Assembly (NCBI GenBank): GCA_963825175.1
Contig: CAWGSA010000002.1
Span: 2,339,044-2,403,043, forward strand
DNA: 64,000 nt
From: an uncultured Acidobacteriota bacterium
GTDB taxonomy: Bacteria > Acidobacteriota > Thermoanaerobaculia > UBA5066 > Gp7-AA6
Direction of reading: 5' to 3'
Position 1 is the stretch's first letter, and every line of letters starts with the position of its first letter. The notes under the pieces were generated by a model. That model ran no database searches, was not told the origin of the DNA, and was given only the letters and a program-made list of their open reading frames with translations. A program made the position numbers and the translations under genes. Of this stretch, positions 10,162 to 21,797 are shown piece by piece.

Positions 10162-10784
10162 GGGTTCCCATCGCGGGCGCGGGGTACGCCTTCATCCTTC
10201 CTCCCGCCGCGGCGGCCGTGCTCCTGGCGTGGCTCGGCCGCCCGGTCATCGCTTTCATTCTTGGGCTCGCCGCTGTCTTCCTGCTGCAGTTCTTCCGCGA
10301 CCCGGAGCGCTTGCCGGAAGGCGGCGACGAAACGATCGTGTCCCCCGCCGACGGAACGATTCTGTCCGTGGGCCCGGCCGGCGAAGCTCCGCCCGGCGCC
10401 GCTCGGCGGATCACCGTCTTCATGTCGGTCTTCAACTGCCACGTGAACCGCTCGCCGGTCTCCGGGCGCCTGACGCAGTACGCGTACAGTCCGGGCCGAA
10501 AGATGGCGGCGTTCGACGAGAAGGCATCGCTCTCCAATGAGCAGAACCGCATCACGGTGACGTCGGAACGGGGTCCGGTGACGTTCAAGCAGATCGCGGG
10601 CGCGCTGGCTCGCCGGATCGTCTTCCTGCCCGGTCCGGGCGAGGCTCTGGCCCGAGGTCAGCGCATCGGAATGATCCGCTTCGGCTCGCGCGTGGACCTC
10701 TTCGTGCCCGATGAGGCCCAGATCCTCGTGAAGCGTGGCGACAAGGTCAAGGCCGGACGGTCGGGGCTCGCGCGATGGAGTTAA
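10158..10784 (+). CDS. psd: Phosphatidylserine decarboxylase proenzyme
   Basis: FFRDPER, SPADG, HVNRSP, RFGSRVD self-cleavage motif. Start uncertain (CTG 10158 or GTG 10218). Confidence 0.92.
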   Translation: MRVPIAGAGYAFILPPAAAAVLLAWLGRPVIAFILGLAAVFLLQFFRDPERLPEGGDETIVSPADGTILSVGPAGEAPPGAARRITVFMSVFNCHVNRSPVSGRLTQYAYSPGRKMAAFDEKASLSNEQNRITVTSERGPVTFKQIAGALARRIVFLPGPGEALARGQRIGMIRFGSRVDLFVPDEAQILVKRGDKVKAGRSGLARWS

Positions 10785-11560
10785 ACGACGGGGTCGAGAC
10801 GGAAGTCCTCCCGCGGCGCCGGGGACTCGCCCGCGGCCTGTTCGTGCTTCCGACCCTGTTCACGGTGGGCAACCTTTTCTGCGGCTACCTCTCGATCAAG
10901 CTTTCGATCGACGGAAGGTTCAATTGGGCGGCGATCGGTATCATCGCCGCGGCCCTGTTCGATGCCCTGGACGGACGCGTAGCGCGCTGGACGCGTTCCA
11001 CTTCGGCCTTCGGGGAACAGTACGATTCCCTGGCGGACCTCGTCTCCTTCGGAGTCGCTCCTGCCGTCCTGGCCTACTCCTGGGGGCTCTCCGATTTTCA
11101 GCAGATCGGCTGGATGGCCTCGTTTCTCTTCGTGGTCTGCGGCTCGATGAGGCTGGCCCGTTTCAACATCCAGACCAAGGTCGTCGACAAGCGATATTTC
11201 GTCGGTCTTCCGATCCCGGCCGCCGCCGGCACGATCGCCGCGCTGGTCCTGGCGACTCCCGAGCGGCTGGTCGACCGCGTCTGGATGACCGGGCTCCTCG
11301 TCCTGACGATCCTCCTGTCCTACCTGATGATCTCGACGATCCGCTATCGCTCCTTCAAGGAGCACGTGGACTTGAAGAGGCCGCGGCCCCTGTGGATCCT
11401 TCCCCTGATCGCGCTCGCGTTTGCGGTCATTCGCCTGGAGCCCGCGCTGCTGCTGCTCGGCGTGGCGCTGGCCTTCGCCCTCTCGGGACCGCTGGCCAAG
11501 CTCTGGTCGATCGCCCGCAGAGGCTTCGGCCGAGGCGGCTCCGCGAGAGCCGGGCCGTAG
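10775..11560 (+). CDS. pssA: CDP-diacylglycerol--serine O-phosphatidyltransferase
   Basis: DALDGRVAR..S.FG..YDSLADLVSFGVAP, RLARFN; adjacent to psd. Confidence 0.95.
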   Translation: MELNDGVETEVLPRRRGLARGLFVLPTLFTVGNLFCGYLSIKLSIDGRFNWAAIGIIAAALFDALDGRVARWTRSTSAFGEQYDSLADLVSFGVAPAVLAYSWGLSDFQQIGWMASFLFVVCGSMRLARFNIQTKVVDKRYFVGLPIPAAAGTIAALVLATPERLVDRVWMTGLLVLTILLSYLMISTIRYRSFKEHVDLKRPRPLWILPLIALAFAVIRLEPALLLLGVALAFALSGPLAKLWSIARRGFGRGGSARAGP

Positions 11561-11579
11561 GACTCGAACGCCGGTCGTT

Positions 11580-13034
11580 TTAAGGGCGGCCCCTCGGAAG
11601 GGGTGAGGGCGTCGGCACCACCACGGCGCCGGAAAGAGTCTCCTCTCCCGAGGCCGCCAGGAAGTGAAAGCGCGTCGCGCAACAGCCCTTGGGCGGAGGG
11701 CGCCGCAGGAAGATACGGGCGGGCGAGATCTTCTCGTTGGGCTGGATCAGGGTCTCGTAGAACCGTACGACCGTCGCCAGACTGAGGGTGATCGGACGAC
11801 GGTCCGCACCGTAGACCTCGAACCGATCGAACCCGCCGATCTGGATGTCTCGGATCCCTCCCGACGGGAGCTGCACCTCCACCCAGTTGGAGGTGCGCGA
11901 GATCACCGACGCATGGGCCGACACGTTCTCGGCCGAGACCGAGAGAACGTTGCGGGCACTCTCGGTCGCGACGTGGAGGTCCGGCTTCGTCGGCTTGCCC
12001 AGAAGGACGTCGCTCAAGGCCGAGAGAGTGAAAAGACGTTCCGCGTCCGATCGTCCGGGCAGCAGGATGACGCGCCCTCGGGCAAACCGCCGCCCGGTAA
12101 GGTCCGAGCCCAGGCGGTACGCCAGATCGGAAACCAGGGGCTGGCGGAACGACAGGAGGTCCCCCGGGCCGAAAGAGAACGTCTTGTCATAGGAGATGGG
12201 GGACCTCGGTCGCACCTCGAAGGTCTGGCCGGACTCTTCCTTGAGCGAAACGTTTTCCACGAACTCGGCCCTGGGGTCGTCGGACAGGCGCCCGAGGACC
12301 CACTCGGGAAGATCTTCCCGCGGCTGTCCGGAGGTTTCCCGCCACACGCCCCGAGCCGCGGGTGCATAGCCCGCCCACCACTGTCGCTCCAGCGAATCGG
12401 CCGCGATCGGATCGGAGAGGTTCCCTTCGCCGAAGACGAGCGCCACCAGGCCGTCGCAGGCCGTCGAGAGCGGCCGGATCGTCTCCAGGTCCTGGGCCGA
12501 CGGGGCGAAGCGCAGCGAGACGGTCAGAGGGATTTCCTGCGGCATCTTCGACCGCAGCCCGGCGACCAGCGATCCGTAGGCCTCCGACGAGCCGACCGCG
12601 AACGGAAAATCAAGATGGATGCCGACGACGGGCCCGAAGGGGCGGGTGTCGCGCAGCGCCGCCTTGGCCGCGATCCAGATCGCGTCGCCCAGGGGCGCGG
12701 CCGTCTCCTTGCGGGAGAGCGCTTCGTCCACCGACTCGTCGCCGGAGAAAACCAGGAAGATCTTCGACCGCGACAACGGGTGCGGAGGGGGGGGCGCCTC
12801 CTGGGCCACCCAGTGGCCCCCCTCGCGGCTCAGCTGGACGGCGGGCAAGAAGACGGTTCCCAGCCCGGCGCGCAGGAGCGTCTCCTCCACGTCGGCGCCG
12901 CCGGGGCCGATCCCGTCCTCGAACCAGACACCGTCTCCGGCCGGCAGGGAACGGACCTGACTGGCCTTGGGCCGCGCGCACGATGCCGCGGCCGCCGCCA
13001 CGACGAACGCGAGGGCGATGACCACGCGCTTCAT
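11580..13034 (-). CDS. Hypothetical lipoprotein, possibly with a GH18/DUF3142-like barrel
   Basis: [19 protein letters not shown] lipobox-like signal; ATG overlaps the stop of the upstream kinase; VGIHLDF motif. Confidence 0.6.
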   Translation of the reverse strand: MKRVVIALAFVVAAAAASCARPKASQVRSLPAGDGVWFEDGIGPGGADVEETLLRAGLGTVFLPAVQLSREGGHWVAQEAPPPPHPLSRSKIFLVFSGDESVDEALSRKETAAPLGDAIWIAAKAALRDTRPFGPVVGIHLDFPFAVGSSEAYGSLVAGLRSKMPQEIPLTVSLRFAPSAQDLETIRPLSTACDGLVALVFGEGNLSDPIAADSLERQWWAGYAPAARGVWRETSGQPREDLPEWVLGRLSDDPRAEFVENVSLKEESGQTFEVRPRSPISYDKTFSFGPGDLLSFRQPLVSDLAYRLGSDLTGRRFARGRVILLPGRSDAERLFTLSALSDVLLGKPTKPDLHVATESARNVLSVSAENVSAHASVISRTSNWVEVQLPSGGIRDIQIGGFDRFEVYGADRRPITLSLATVVRFYETLIQPNEKISPARIFLRRPPPKGCCATRFHFLAASGEETLSGAVVVPTPSPLPRGRP

Positions 13035-16000
13035 GAGCCGACCGGGACCTGGACTAAGGGAAGCTGGAACGTCACGCGGAAGCCTCCTTCGAAGCGATTC
13101 TCTGCGCTGATGGTACCGCCGTGCTCCTCGACGATCTTCTTCGCGATTGCCAATCCCAGCCCCGTTCCGCCGCTCTTGGCCGAAAAATAGGGGTCGAACA
13201 GTCGCGGAAGGATCGCCGGAGGAACGCCCGTGCCGCTGTCCTCCACGGTGACCAGGACGCGGGATTCGACCCGCCGGGCCGTCAACCGGATCTCGCCGCC
13301 GCCACCGGAAAGAGCTTCCACGGCGTTGCCCACCAGGTTGGAGAAGACCCTCGACAGGAGGCGCCGGTCGGCCAGAGCGACGAGATCGGGATCGGCGTTG
13401 ACCGACCATCGCACGCCGGGCGCTCCGGCGTAGGCGGCGGCGGACTCCGAGAGCAGGCGTCCGATGTCCGTCTGCGCGACCTCGGCCGCCGGCAGCCGGG
13501 CGTAGTCGGAGAACTCGGACGCCGACCGGCGCAGCTCTTCCGTTTGCCGGAGCACGTTGGAGACGCATTCTTCGAGCACTCCGTCGAAATCCGCGGATCC
13601 CCGCCGCCAGACCTCGCGCAGGTGCTCGACCGAGAGCCGGATCGGCGTCAGCGGATTCTTGATCTCGTGGGCGATGATCCGCGCCATCTCGGCCCATGCC
13701 GCGAGGCGGTTGGACCGCACGACGTCGGAGACGTCTTCGATCACCGCCATGCGGGCACCCTCGCCACCCAGCGGAAGCGGGACGCTGACAGCCCGCCAGC
13801 GCTCGCCGGGTCGAACTTCGATCTCCAGAGGCGTCAGCGACCGGGACGGATCCAGCAGAGCGCGGCGCACCTCGGCCATCTCCTCTCCTGGAAACACCTC
13901 GTCGAGGGTGCGGGCGTCCGCGCGCCCCCTGCCCAGCGCCGCGGCGGCCGGGTTGGCCAGAAGCACATTCCCTCGGTCTCCGTACGCGACGACGCCGGCG
14001 GTCAGATGCGTCAGCAGCGTGGCGACGCGTTCCTTTTCCGCCGACAGCGCCTCCGTCTGCGTGCGAAGGCTTCGCGACATGGACAAGAACGCGCGGACCA
14101 GCTCCTTGAGCTCTTCATCCGGCGGCTCGGCCACGCGGGGAGAGAAGTCGCCGCGCGCGACCGCGCGAGTCGCTTCGACCAGATCGGCCACCGGCCGCGC
14201 CACGCGCACCGCGAGGCGGCCTGCGATCACGGCGGACAAAAGGAACGCCAGAAGCGAGAAGGCGGACACCGCGGCGGTCAGCTGCGAGGCCTCCGCCTGC
14301 GCCACCCGTTGCTGGGGAAGCAGGAGCAACGTCAAGAGCGCGGGACTCCGGACGCCGGGAACGCCGGGGATCGAGGCGAGGCTCGTCGTGATCTCATCGA
14401 TCCGTCCGGGAGCGAAGCGCGTTCCCACGAACTGCGAAGCGCCACCCAGTCCAGTGGCCACGAACGCCGCGCCCGGAACTCGGTCCGGCACGAGGCCGGC
14501 GGCGTAGAGGTCCCGGCGCGAGGTCGCCGCAAGCGTCGAGTCCGGCGCGTACACCGCCAGGTCGTATCCGACGGCGTTGGAAAGCCACGTCAGGAGCACA
14601 TCGTCGACAGCTCCGAGGGCGTCGTTGGGGGCCGGCACCGAGGGCAGGTAGTCGTCGAGAACCCGCCGTGCCGTGGCCAACGCCGTGCGGGCATGATCCA
14701 GCGTGTCCCTTCGGGACCGGGTGACGATCGCCGATCGAAGGAAGAGCGTCACCGCCAGGAGCGGAATCATCACCCCGAGGACGAAGAGAAAGACCAGCCG
14801 TCCGCGAAACGTCCGGGCTCCGCCCGGGATCGCGTCCCGGCGCTCTCCCGCAGGAGCGCCGACGATCCGCCACGCGGCGGCGGCCGCCGCGGCCAGAGCC
14901 AGCAAGCCGAGCGCGGGAAGAAGCAGCGACGCCGTCAGGAGTCGGCCCAGGAAATCGGGGCCCGGAATGGCCACCAGCCGATACCCTTCCGGAACCGGAC
15001 GGATCTCGCCCCACAGCACTTCGCTGCGAAAGTGCAGGTGAACGGGAACCGGCCGATCGCTGCGCCGCAGCCGATCCCTCACACTGGCCGACAGCGTCGG
15101 GCCCTCGTCGCGTTTCTCGCCATCACGGGCGTACGAAGCGAGAAACGGCCGAGGGGTCTCCGGCCGGGCGGGCCGACCGGCGGGCTCCCCGAGGACGAGC
15201 CGCCGGTAGACGTCGATGCGGGGAGGCAGAGGGTCCCAGATCGGCCAGTCGGCGACAGAGATCTCGACCGTCCCCCAGGGCCGGCCCTCGTTGGACAGCG
15301 ACGTCATCCGGCGGAGCACGTCGACCCGGTAACGATCGATGGTCACCGGACCGGCGGGTGGACGAGCCGCGGCGAGCGCTTCGGGAATCAGCGAGAAACT
15401 GCTTCGTACCGAACCGGATGGATCGAAGACCCGGTAGGAGACCAGGCGCGGGGCGCGCGACGGGAGCTCCCCGTCCCGCCAGAGCCGATAGGCGAGATCG
15501 GAGATGTCGGCGGTCCCGACTCCGGCCGGAAGCTCGCGCGCCAGGTCGAACCGGCTGACGCGATCGGCGGAGCGTTCGGCGGCGAAGACGGCATCGCGGG
15601 ATGCCCGCAGCGGATCCGGAAGGGCGATCGTTCGCGCGAGCGCCATGAATCGCGAAGTCCGGGCGTGCTCCGAGAGGGGCGAAACGACCAGGACGGTCAT
15701 CAGGGCGCACGCCGCGGCGAGCCGCGCCACCGCGAATCCTCCTCCGAGCGCCGGCGCCGCGATCGCGCGGGACCAGGTTTCGAGGCAGGCCGCCGCGAGG
15801 ACGCCGATGGTCAGGACGAAGAGCGCGGAGGAAGAGGGCAACGCGAGCGCCGCCGCGATCGATCCCGCCGTCACGAGGATCGCCGCCGACGTCCACGGGC
15901 CGGGGGGCCGACCGCGCGGCGCGCAAGCCAGAGCAAGCGCCGCGGCCAACGGCGAAGCGACGCCTGCCAGGCGAAGCAGGAGGAGCATCGATCCGGCGAC

Positions 16001-16993
16001 GGGCGTCCCCAGCTCGAGTGGGGGGATCGCCGCGGCCGCCCAGAACGCCAGGAGGAGAAGGGCGTAGGCGGCGGCGATGAGGAGCCCAGAGGGCCGCGGC
16101 GGCCGCGCGGCGCGGCGCAGCACCGAGAGCGACGGCGCCAGGCAGATCAACCCTACTGCCCCGGCCCACGGCGACGGCGATGCCAGCAGGCGCCCGAGTG
16201 GCTGAGCGTTGACCTGCAGGCCGAGGATCAGGAGTGCCGCTCCAACGCCGATCCGCCAGGGATCGCGCAGTTTCCCCAGGACCGCCAACGCCGAGACGAT
16301 CAGAACGACCAGGGCGACCGGCTGCCAGCCGGGAGCGGGGCCCGCCAACGCCGGATTCGCGCGGAACTCCATGAGGGGACCGGCCGGTGTGCTCGGCGCG
16401 ACCGGTTCCCAATCGAGCGACGGCCCGGAGAGTCCGAGCGCGCGGCCGAAGTCCGGAGGGAGGGCCGGCAGCGTGCGAGCGGCATAGACGCTGCCGGGTG
16501 CGGACGCCGGACCAAGCTCCCGCCGGAAAGCCACCGTAACGGTCGTGGCCGACCATCGCACCCCGAATCCGTGCGCCGTGCCCAGCCCCTCGAGGGAGGA
16601 GGGCGCGTCTCCCCACCATGCTTGGACGCGGCCCGCCGGATCGGCCAGGACGATCCAACATCCGGAGGGCGCGTTCTCGAGCGACTGCCGCGCCGCGGCG
16701 AAGAGGCCGAGTCGGTTGACCGCGATCCCGCCGCCTGCCAGCGACTGGGTCACTTCCGGACGCCGAGCAAAATCTTCGGCACGACGCTCGAGATCCTCCC
16801 GAACCGCGCCGTACGCGGCCTGAAGGCCCTCGGGAGGCCTTGGGCCGGAAGCCGTGGAGCGGCGCAGCGGAATCCATCCGTCCAGCGCCAGCAGCGCTAC
16901 GGTCGCCAGCGCCGCGGCGAGAACCGGAGCCCTGAGCCAGGGTCGGGCGCCCGGCGGCCGGCGGCTGGAAGAGTCCAGGACCGGAGCGCTCAT
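13031..16993 (-). CDS. Large multi-TM sensor histidine kinase (NtrY-like: HAMP-PAS-HisKA-HATPase)
   Basis: [21 protein letters not shown]-box, NLVGNA, DSGTG, GTGLGL. Confidence 0.9.
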   Translation of the reverse strand: MSAPVLDSSSRRPPGARPWLRAPVLAAALATVALLALDGWIPLRRSTASGPRPPEGLQAAYGAVREDLERRAEDFARRPEVTQSLAGGGIAVNRLGLFAAARQSLENAPSGCWIVLADPAGRVQAWWGDAPSSLEGLGTAHGFGVRWSATTVTVAFRRELGPASAPGSVYAARTLPALPPDFGRALGLSGPSLDWEPVAPSTPAGPLMEFRANPALAGPAPGWQPVALVVLIVSALAVLGKLRDPWRIGVGAALLILGLQVNAQPLGRLLASPSPWAGAVGLICLAPSLSVLRRAARPPRPSGLLIAAAYALLLLAFWAAAAIPPLELGTPVAGSMLLLLRLAGVASPLAAALALACAPRGRPPGPWTSAAILVTAGSIAAALALPSSSALFVLTIGVLAAACLETWSRAIAAPALGGGFAVARLAAACALMTVLVVSPLSEHARTSRFMALARTIALPDPLRASRDAVFAAERSADRVSRFDLARELPAGVGTADISDLAYRLWRDGELPSRAPRLVSYRVFDPSGSVRSSFSLIPEALAAARPPAGPVTIDRYRVDVLRRMTSLSNEGRPWGTVEISVADWPIWDPLPPRIDVYRRLVLGEPAGRPARPETPRPFLASYARDGEKRDEGPTLSASVRDRLRRSDRPVPVHLHFRSEVLWGEIRPVPEGYRLVAIPGPDFLGRLLTASLLLPALGLLALAAAAAAAWRIVGAPAGERRDAIPGGARTFRGRLVFLFVLGVMIPLLAVTLFLRSAIVTRSRRDTLDHARTALATARRVLDDYLPSVPAPNDALGAVDDVLLTWLSNAVGYDLAVYAPDSTLAATSRRDLYAAGLVPDRVPGAAFVATGLGGASQFVGTRFAPGRIDEITTSLASIPGVPGVRSPALLTLLLLPQQRVAQAEASQLTAAVSAFSLLAFLLSAVIAGRLAVRVARPVADLVEATRAVARGDFSPRVAEPPDEELKELVRAFLSMSRSLRTQTEALSAEKERVATLLTHLTAGVVAYGDRGNVLLANPAAAALGRGRADARTLDEVFPGEEMAEVRRALLDPSRSLTPLEIEVRPGERWRAVSVPLPLGGEGARMAVIEDVSDVVRSNRLAAWAEMARIIAHEIKNPLTPIRLSVEHLREVWRRGSADFDGVLEECVSNVLRQTEELRRSASEFSDYARLPAAEVAQTDIGRLLSESAAAYAGAPGVRWSVNADPDLVALADRRLLSRVFSNLVGNAVEALSGGGGEIRLTARRVESRVLVTVEDSGTGVPPAILPRLFDPYFSAKSGGTGLGLAIAKKIVEEHGGTISAENRFEGGFRVTFQLPLVQVPVGS

Positions 16994-17027
16994 CCGCGGC
17001 GGCTGCGCATGGGTGCTCGCTGCGGCT

Positions 17028-18710
17028 TCACCCTTTCGGGGCGATCAAGGGCAGGTCGACGCCCCGCGCGTGCGCCACGGCCATCGCCTCGGGGTATCCG
17101 GCGTCTGCGTGGCGCGCCACGCCGGTTCCCGGATCGGCTGTGAGAACCCGCTCGAGGCGAACCGCGGCGGCGGGGGTTCCGTCCGCGACGACGACCATCC
17201 CGGCGTGAATCGATAAGCCGATGCCGACGCCTCCCCCGTGATGAACGGAAACCCAGCTCGCGCCGCAGGCCGTGTTCAGGAGCGCGTTCAAGATCGGCCA
17301 GTCGGCGATCGCGTCGGAGCCGTCCCGCATCCCTTCCGTCTCTCGATTGGGCGAAGCGACCGACCCCGCATCGAGATGATCGCGGCCGATCACGATCGGC
17401 GCCTTCACGCGGCCGGTGGCCACGAGGTCGTTGAACGCGAGCCCGGCGCGGGAGCGCTCCCCGTAGCCCAGCCAGCAGATGCGCGCCGGCAGCCCTTGAA
17501 ACGCGACCCGTTCCTGCGCCAGGTCGAGCCAGCGCGCCAGGGGCCCGTTCTGCGGAAAGAGCTGCCGCAGCGCTTCGTCCGTCGCCCGGATGTCGGCGGG
17601 GTCTCCCGACAGGGCCGCCCACCGGAACGGTCCTTTCCCCTCGCAGAACAGCGGCCGGATGAACAGCGGAACGAACCCGGCGATCTGAAAGGCTTCCGCC
17701 ACCCCGGCCTTCCGGGCCTGGCCGCGCAGGTTGTTGCCGTAATCGAAGGTGACCGACCCGCGGCGCGCGAGCTCGAGCATGGCGCGAACGTGCCGAGCCA
17801 TGGTGGCATAGGAGCGCTCGACGTAGCGTTGGGGCTGGGAGCGCCTCAGCTCGAGAAGCTGGTTGAAGCTCTCCCCCTCTTGCGCGGCGGGGACATAGCC
17901 GTGCAGCTCGTCATGGGCCGACGTCTGGTCTGTCAGCAGGTCGGGGACCAGGTCACGGGCGATCAGCCGCTCGAGCAGGTCGACGGCATTGGCGCGCAGT
18001 CCGATCGAGATGGCCCGTCTCGCGTCCCTGGCCGCAAGAGCGCGGTCGATCGCTGCGTCGATGGAGTCTTCGCGGACGTCCAGGTAGCGCGTATGGATGC
18101 GGCGGTCGATCCGATCGGCGTCCACCTCGGCCACCAGGGCCACGGCCCCGTTCATCGTGGCGGCGAGCGGTTGGGCCCCTCCCATGCCGCCCAGGCCGGC
18201 GGTCACCACCAGTCGGCCGGCGAGATCTCCGCGAAAGTCGCGCGCCGCGGCCGCCGCGAACGTCTCGAACGTTCCCTGGAGAATCCCCTGCGTGCCGATA
18301 TAGATCCACGAGCCCGCCGTCATCTGGCCGTACATGGTGAGGCCCAGCCCCTCCAGGCGTCGAAACTCGTCGGCCGTGGCCCACGCCGGAACGAGCATGG
18401 CGTTGGAGATCAGGACGCGCGGCGCGCCGGGATGCGTCCGGAAGACGCCGACCGGCTTGCCCGACTGGACGAGCAGCGTTTCGTCGTCGCCGAGTCTCTT
18501 GAGGGTCGCGACGATCGCGTCGAAGCACTCCCAGTTGCGCGCCGCCTTCCCCGTCCCGCCGTAGACGATGAGATCTTCCGGCTTCTCCGCGACCTCGGGA
18601 TCCAGGTTGTTCTCGAGCATCCGCAGCGCGGCTTCCGTGATCCAGCTCCGGCAGCGAAGAGTCGCTCCTCGCGCGGCGCGAATCGTGCGGACGGGGGCGG
18701 CGGTGGCCAC
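17028..18710 (-). CDS. hutU: Urocanate hydratase
   Basis: [43 protein letters not shown]. Confidence 0.98.
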   Translation of the reverse strand: MATAAPVRTIRAARGATLRCRSWITEAALRMLENNLDPEVAEKPEDLIVYGGTGKAARNWECFDAIVATLKRLGDDETLLVQSGKPVGVFRTHPGAPRVLISNAMLVPAWATADEFRRLEGLGLTMYGQMTAGSWIYIGTQGILQGTFETFAAAAARDFRGDLAGRLVVTAGLGGMGGAQPLAATMNGAVALVAEVDADRIDRRIHTRYLDVREDSIDAAIDRALAARDARRAISIGLRANAVDLLERLIARDLVPDLLTDQTSAHDELHGYVPAAQEGESFNQLLELRRSQPQRYVERSYATMARHVRAMLELARRGSVTFDYGNNLRGQARKAGVAEAFQIAGFVPLFIRPLFCEGKGPFRWAALSGDPADIRATDEALRQLFPQNGPLARWLDLAQERVAFQGLPARICWLGYGERSRAGLAFNDLVATGRVKAPIVIGRDHLDAGSVASPNRETEGMRDGSDAIADWPILNALLNTACGASWVSVHHGGGVGIGLSIHAGMVVVADGTPAAAVRLERVLTADPGTGVARHADAGYPEAMAVAHARGVDLPLIAPKG

Positions 18711-18798
18711 GGATCAAGTATAGCGACCGGCCGTCCCTTCCCGGCGCCCGCCGGGCGTTCCAGGCCGGATCCGGGCGCGGACCGGGCGAAACCGACGG

Positions 18799-20316
18799 CT
18801 ATTCCAGCCGGCCCACCAGCGTCTGAACCGTGGCGTCCTCGAGGAACTCCCGCGCCCCGTCCAGATCCACCGAGAGCACCCGATCCGCTTTCCAGGCCGG
18901 AACGCGCCGCCGGAAGGCTCGCCGGACCCTTTCGAGGTCGGGCGAGGTCGCCAGGGGGCGCAGAAACTCCATCGCCTGAAAGGCGGTCAGCAGCTCGATG
19001 GCCAGGACGCGTTCCAGGTTCTCCACGACCGCGGCGAGCTTGCGCGCGGCGATGGGCGACATCGAGACGTGATCCTCTTTGTCCGCGGACGTCGGGATGG
19101 AATCGACGGAAGCCGGATGGGCCAGGCCCTTGCACTCGGAAACCAGGGCGGCGGCGGTCACCTGGGCCATCATCAGCCCGGAATGGAGCCCTCCCTCGGC
19201 GACGAGGAACGCCGGCAGGCCTGACACGGCGGGATTGACGAGCCTCTCGATTCTCCGCTCGGCGATCGAGGCCAGATCGGTCGCGGCGATCGCCGCATAG
19301 TCGAGCACGAGTCCGACCGGCGCGCCGTGGAAGTTGCCGCCCGACAGGATGTCGCCGGTTCGACTGAACACGAGCGGATTGTCGGTGGCGCTGTTCATCT
19401 CGCGCTCGAGAGCGCCTCGAGCGTGCTCCAGCGCGTCCCGGGCCGCCCCGTGCACCTGCGGCATGCAGCGCAGCGCGTAGTTGTCCTGCACCTTGCCGCA
19501 TCCTCGGTGCGATTCGCGGATCTCGCTGCCGGCGAGCAGGCGGCGCAGGTTGGTGGCGGAGGCGAGCGCGCCCGGATGCGGCCGGGCCTCGACGATCCGC
19601 CGGTCGAAGGGAGAGTCCGATCCGCGCGCCGCGTCGAGCGACGCCGCCCCGGTCAGGTCCGCCGTGCGGGCCAGCCGCAGGGCGTGCTCGAGCGCGAGCC
19701 CGCCGACGGCCACGGACATCTGGACGCCGTTGACGAGCGCCAGGCCCTCCTTGGCGCCCAGGACGACCGGGCGAATCTTCGCCGCCGACAGCGCGCGGCC
19801 GGCCGCGACGGTCCGGCCCTTCCAGCGCACTCTTCCCTCGCCCGTCAGCGCCAGAGCCAGGTGGGCCAGCGGAGCGAGATCGCCCGACGCTCCGACAGAA
19901 CCCTGCTCGGGAATGACGGGAAGCACGTCGGCGCCCAGCATCGCCAGCAGTGTCTCGACCGTCTCCACGCGAATTCCGGAGAATCCCTTGGCCAACGCAT
20001 TGACCCGCAGGGCGATCATGCTTCGGACGACGCGGTCGGAAAGAGGCCGCCCCACGCCGGCGGCGTGGCTCCGGACCAGGTTTCGCTGAAGCGCCTCGAT
20101 ATCGGACATCGGCACGGCCACGTCGGCGAAGTTGCCGAATCCCGTCGTCACTCCGTACACGCGGGCGCCGCGCTTCACCGCGCGGTCCACCACCCGGCGC
20201 GACGCGGACATGGCACGGCGAGCGGATGGAGCCAGGCCCACGCGCACGCGGCGCTGCGCCACATCCGCGAGGTCCAGGAGCGTGAAACCCGATCCGCTCA
20301 GGAGGCGGCGGCGCAT
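18799..20316 (-). CDS. hutH: Histidine ammonia-lyase
   Basis: YGVTTGFG, GSVGASGDLAPL (MIO-forming ASG), SGGNFHG, EDHVSM. Confidence 0.97.
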   Translation of the reverse strand: MRRRLLSGSGFTLLDLADVAQRRVRVGLAPSARRAMSASRRVVDRAVKRGARVYGVTTGFGNFADVAVPMSDIEALQRNLVRSHAAGVGRPLSDRVVRSMIALRVNALAKGFSGIRVETVETLLAMLGADVLPVIPEQGSVGASGDLAPLAHLALALTGEGRVRWKGRTVAAGRALSAAKIRPVVLGAKEGLALVNGVQMSVAVGGLALEHALRLARTADLTGAASLDAARGSDSPFDRRIVEARPHPGALASATNLRRLLAGSEIRESHRGCGKVQDNYALRCMPQVHGAARDALEHARGALEREMNSATDNPLVFSRTGDILSGGNFHGAPVGLVLDYAAIAATDLASIAERRIERLVNPAVSGLPAFLVAEGGLHSGLMMAQVTAAALVSECKGLAHPASVDSIPTSADKEDHVSMSPIAARKLAAVVENLERVLAIELLTAFQAMEFLRPLATSPDLERVRRAFRRRVPAWKADRVLSVDLDGAREFLEDATVQTLVGRLE

Positions 20317-20383
20317 CGACCTACGTCCGGCATCGTCGGAGCGATTGTATAGAAGGCGCGTCCCTGTTATCTTGCCACCTCCT

Positions 20384-21742
20384 GTGCCAGCTCCGACGCC
20401 GGGAGAAGACCGCCTGAGAATCGTCGCCGTCCTGGGCGGCCAGTGGGGCGACGAGGGCAAAGGCAAGATCGTCGACCTGCTGGCGGACCGGTTCGACGTG
20501 GTCGCCCGCTATCACGGCGGCCACAACGCCGGACACACTGTCAAGTTCGGCGACCAGCACTTCGCCCTGCATCTGCTCCCCTCCGGGATCGTCCGGGGAC
20601 GCATCGGCGTCATCGGGGCGGGAGTGGTCGTCGACCCCGAAGCTCTTCTATCGGAGATCGACGCGGTTCGCGAAAAGGGAATCGACGTCGACGGCAACCT
20701 CCTGCTGTCGCAGCGCGCCCATCTGATCCTTCCCTATCACCGCCTCCTCGATGCGGCGCGGGAGAAAGCCGCCGGCGATCAGAAGCTCGGAACGACACTG
20801 CGGGGAATCGGCCCGGCCTACGAGTCCGCCGCCGCCCGCAGGGGCGTGCGCGTCGCGGACCTCTTTCACCCCGACGCGCTCGAGCGCCGCGTCTCGGCCC
20901 TGGCCGCCGAGTCGGCGGCTCTCCTCTCGACCCTCGGCTGTCAGGACGTGCCTCCCGCGATCGACGTTCTTCGATCGCTCGCTTCGATCGCGCCCCGGCT
21001 GGAGCCTTTTGCCGCCGACACCGGGCGCTACGTGCGGGATCACTGGAAGAGCGGCGGAACGCTTCTGGCCGAGGGCGCGCACGGCGCGATGCTCGACCTG
21101 TGCGGCGGGACGTATCCCTTCGTGACGTCGTCGACCTGCACCTCGGCGGCCGTCGCGCCGGGGCTGCAGATTCCTCCGCGCGCGCTCGACGCGTCGCTGG
21201 TCGTTCTCAAGGCCTACTCGACGCGCGTCGGGGAGGGCCCCTTCCCGACGGAGCTGACGGACTCGATCGGCGAGTTCCTGCGGGCCCGCGGCAACGAGTA
21301 CGGCACTTCCACCGGGCGCCCGCGGCGCACCGGCTGGTTCGACGCGGTGGTGGCACGCACCGCCGTGGAGCTCTCCGGAGCGCAGGCCGTGGCCATTACG
21401 AAGCTCGACGTCCTGGACGAGCTGGACGAGATCCCCGTCTGCGTCGGCTATCGCCTGGACGGAAAATTCATCGTGGACATTCCAGCGGTGGTCGAGGACC
21501 TCGAACGGGTCGAGCCCGTGTACCAGACCCTGCCCGGATGGAAGTCCGTCACGACCGGCGCGACGCGCTACGAGGACCTTCCCGACGCGGCCCGGCGTTA
21601 CGTCACTTTCTTGGAAGAGAGGTCCGGCGCTCCCGCCGCGTTCATCGCCACCGGTCCTCGCCGCGAAGAGACGGTCTGGCGGGACGACTCCCCTTTCCTC
21701 GCCGCGCTCCCCGCCCCTTCGCCGGCGAAGAGACTCGCGTAG
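20384..21742 (+). CDS. purA: Adenylosuccinate synthetase
   Basis: GQWGDEGKGK, GGHNAGHT, GTTLRGIGPAY, EYGTSTGRPRR. Start uncertain (20372-20414). Confidence 0.96.
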   Translation: MPAPTPGEDRLRIVAVLGGQWGDEGKGKIVDLLADRFDVVARYHGGHNAGHTVKFGDQHFALHLLPSGIVRGRIGVIGAGVVVDPEALLSEIDAVREKGIDVDGNLLLSQRAHLILPYHRLLDAAREKAAGDQKLGTTLRGIGPAYESAAARRGVRVADLFHPDALERRVSALAAESAALLSTLGCQDVPPAIDVLRSLASIAPRLEPFAADTGRYVRDHWKSGGTLLAEGAHGAMLDLCGGTYPFVTSSTCTSAAVAPGLQIPPRALDASLVVLKAYSTRVGEGPFPTELTDSIGEFLRARGNEYGTSTGRPRRTGWFDAVVARTAVELSGAQAVAITKLDVLDELDEIPVCVGYRLDGKFIVDIPAVVEDLERVEPVYQTLPGWKSVTTGATRYEDLPDAARRYVTFLEERSGAPAAFIATGPRREETVWRDDSPFLAALPAPSPAKRLA

Positions 21743-21797
21743 CGGGCGGGGGCGCTGCGGCAGATCGAGGCGCCTGGGTCATCGTACAATTCTCGCG

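Noticed and set aside
4785-17143. Very long alternative ORFs (4785..8828 -, 6047..8593 +, 13121..17143 +)
   Set aside because: Shadow or antisense frames of nagZ/mutS and the histidine kinase, typical of high-GC DNA; no recognisable motifs.
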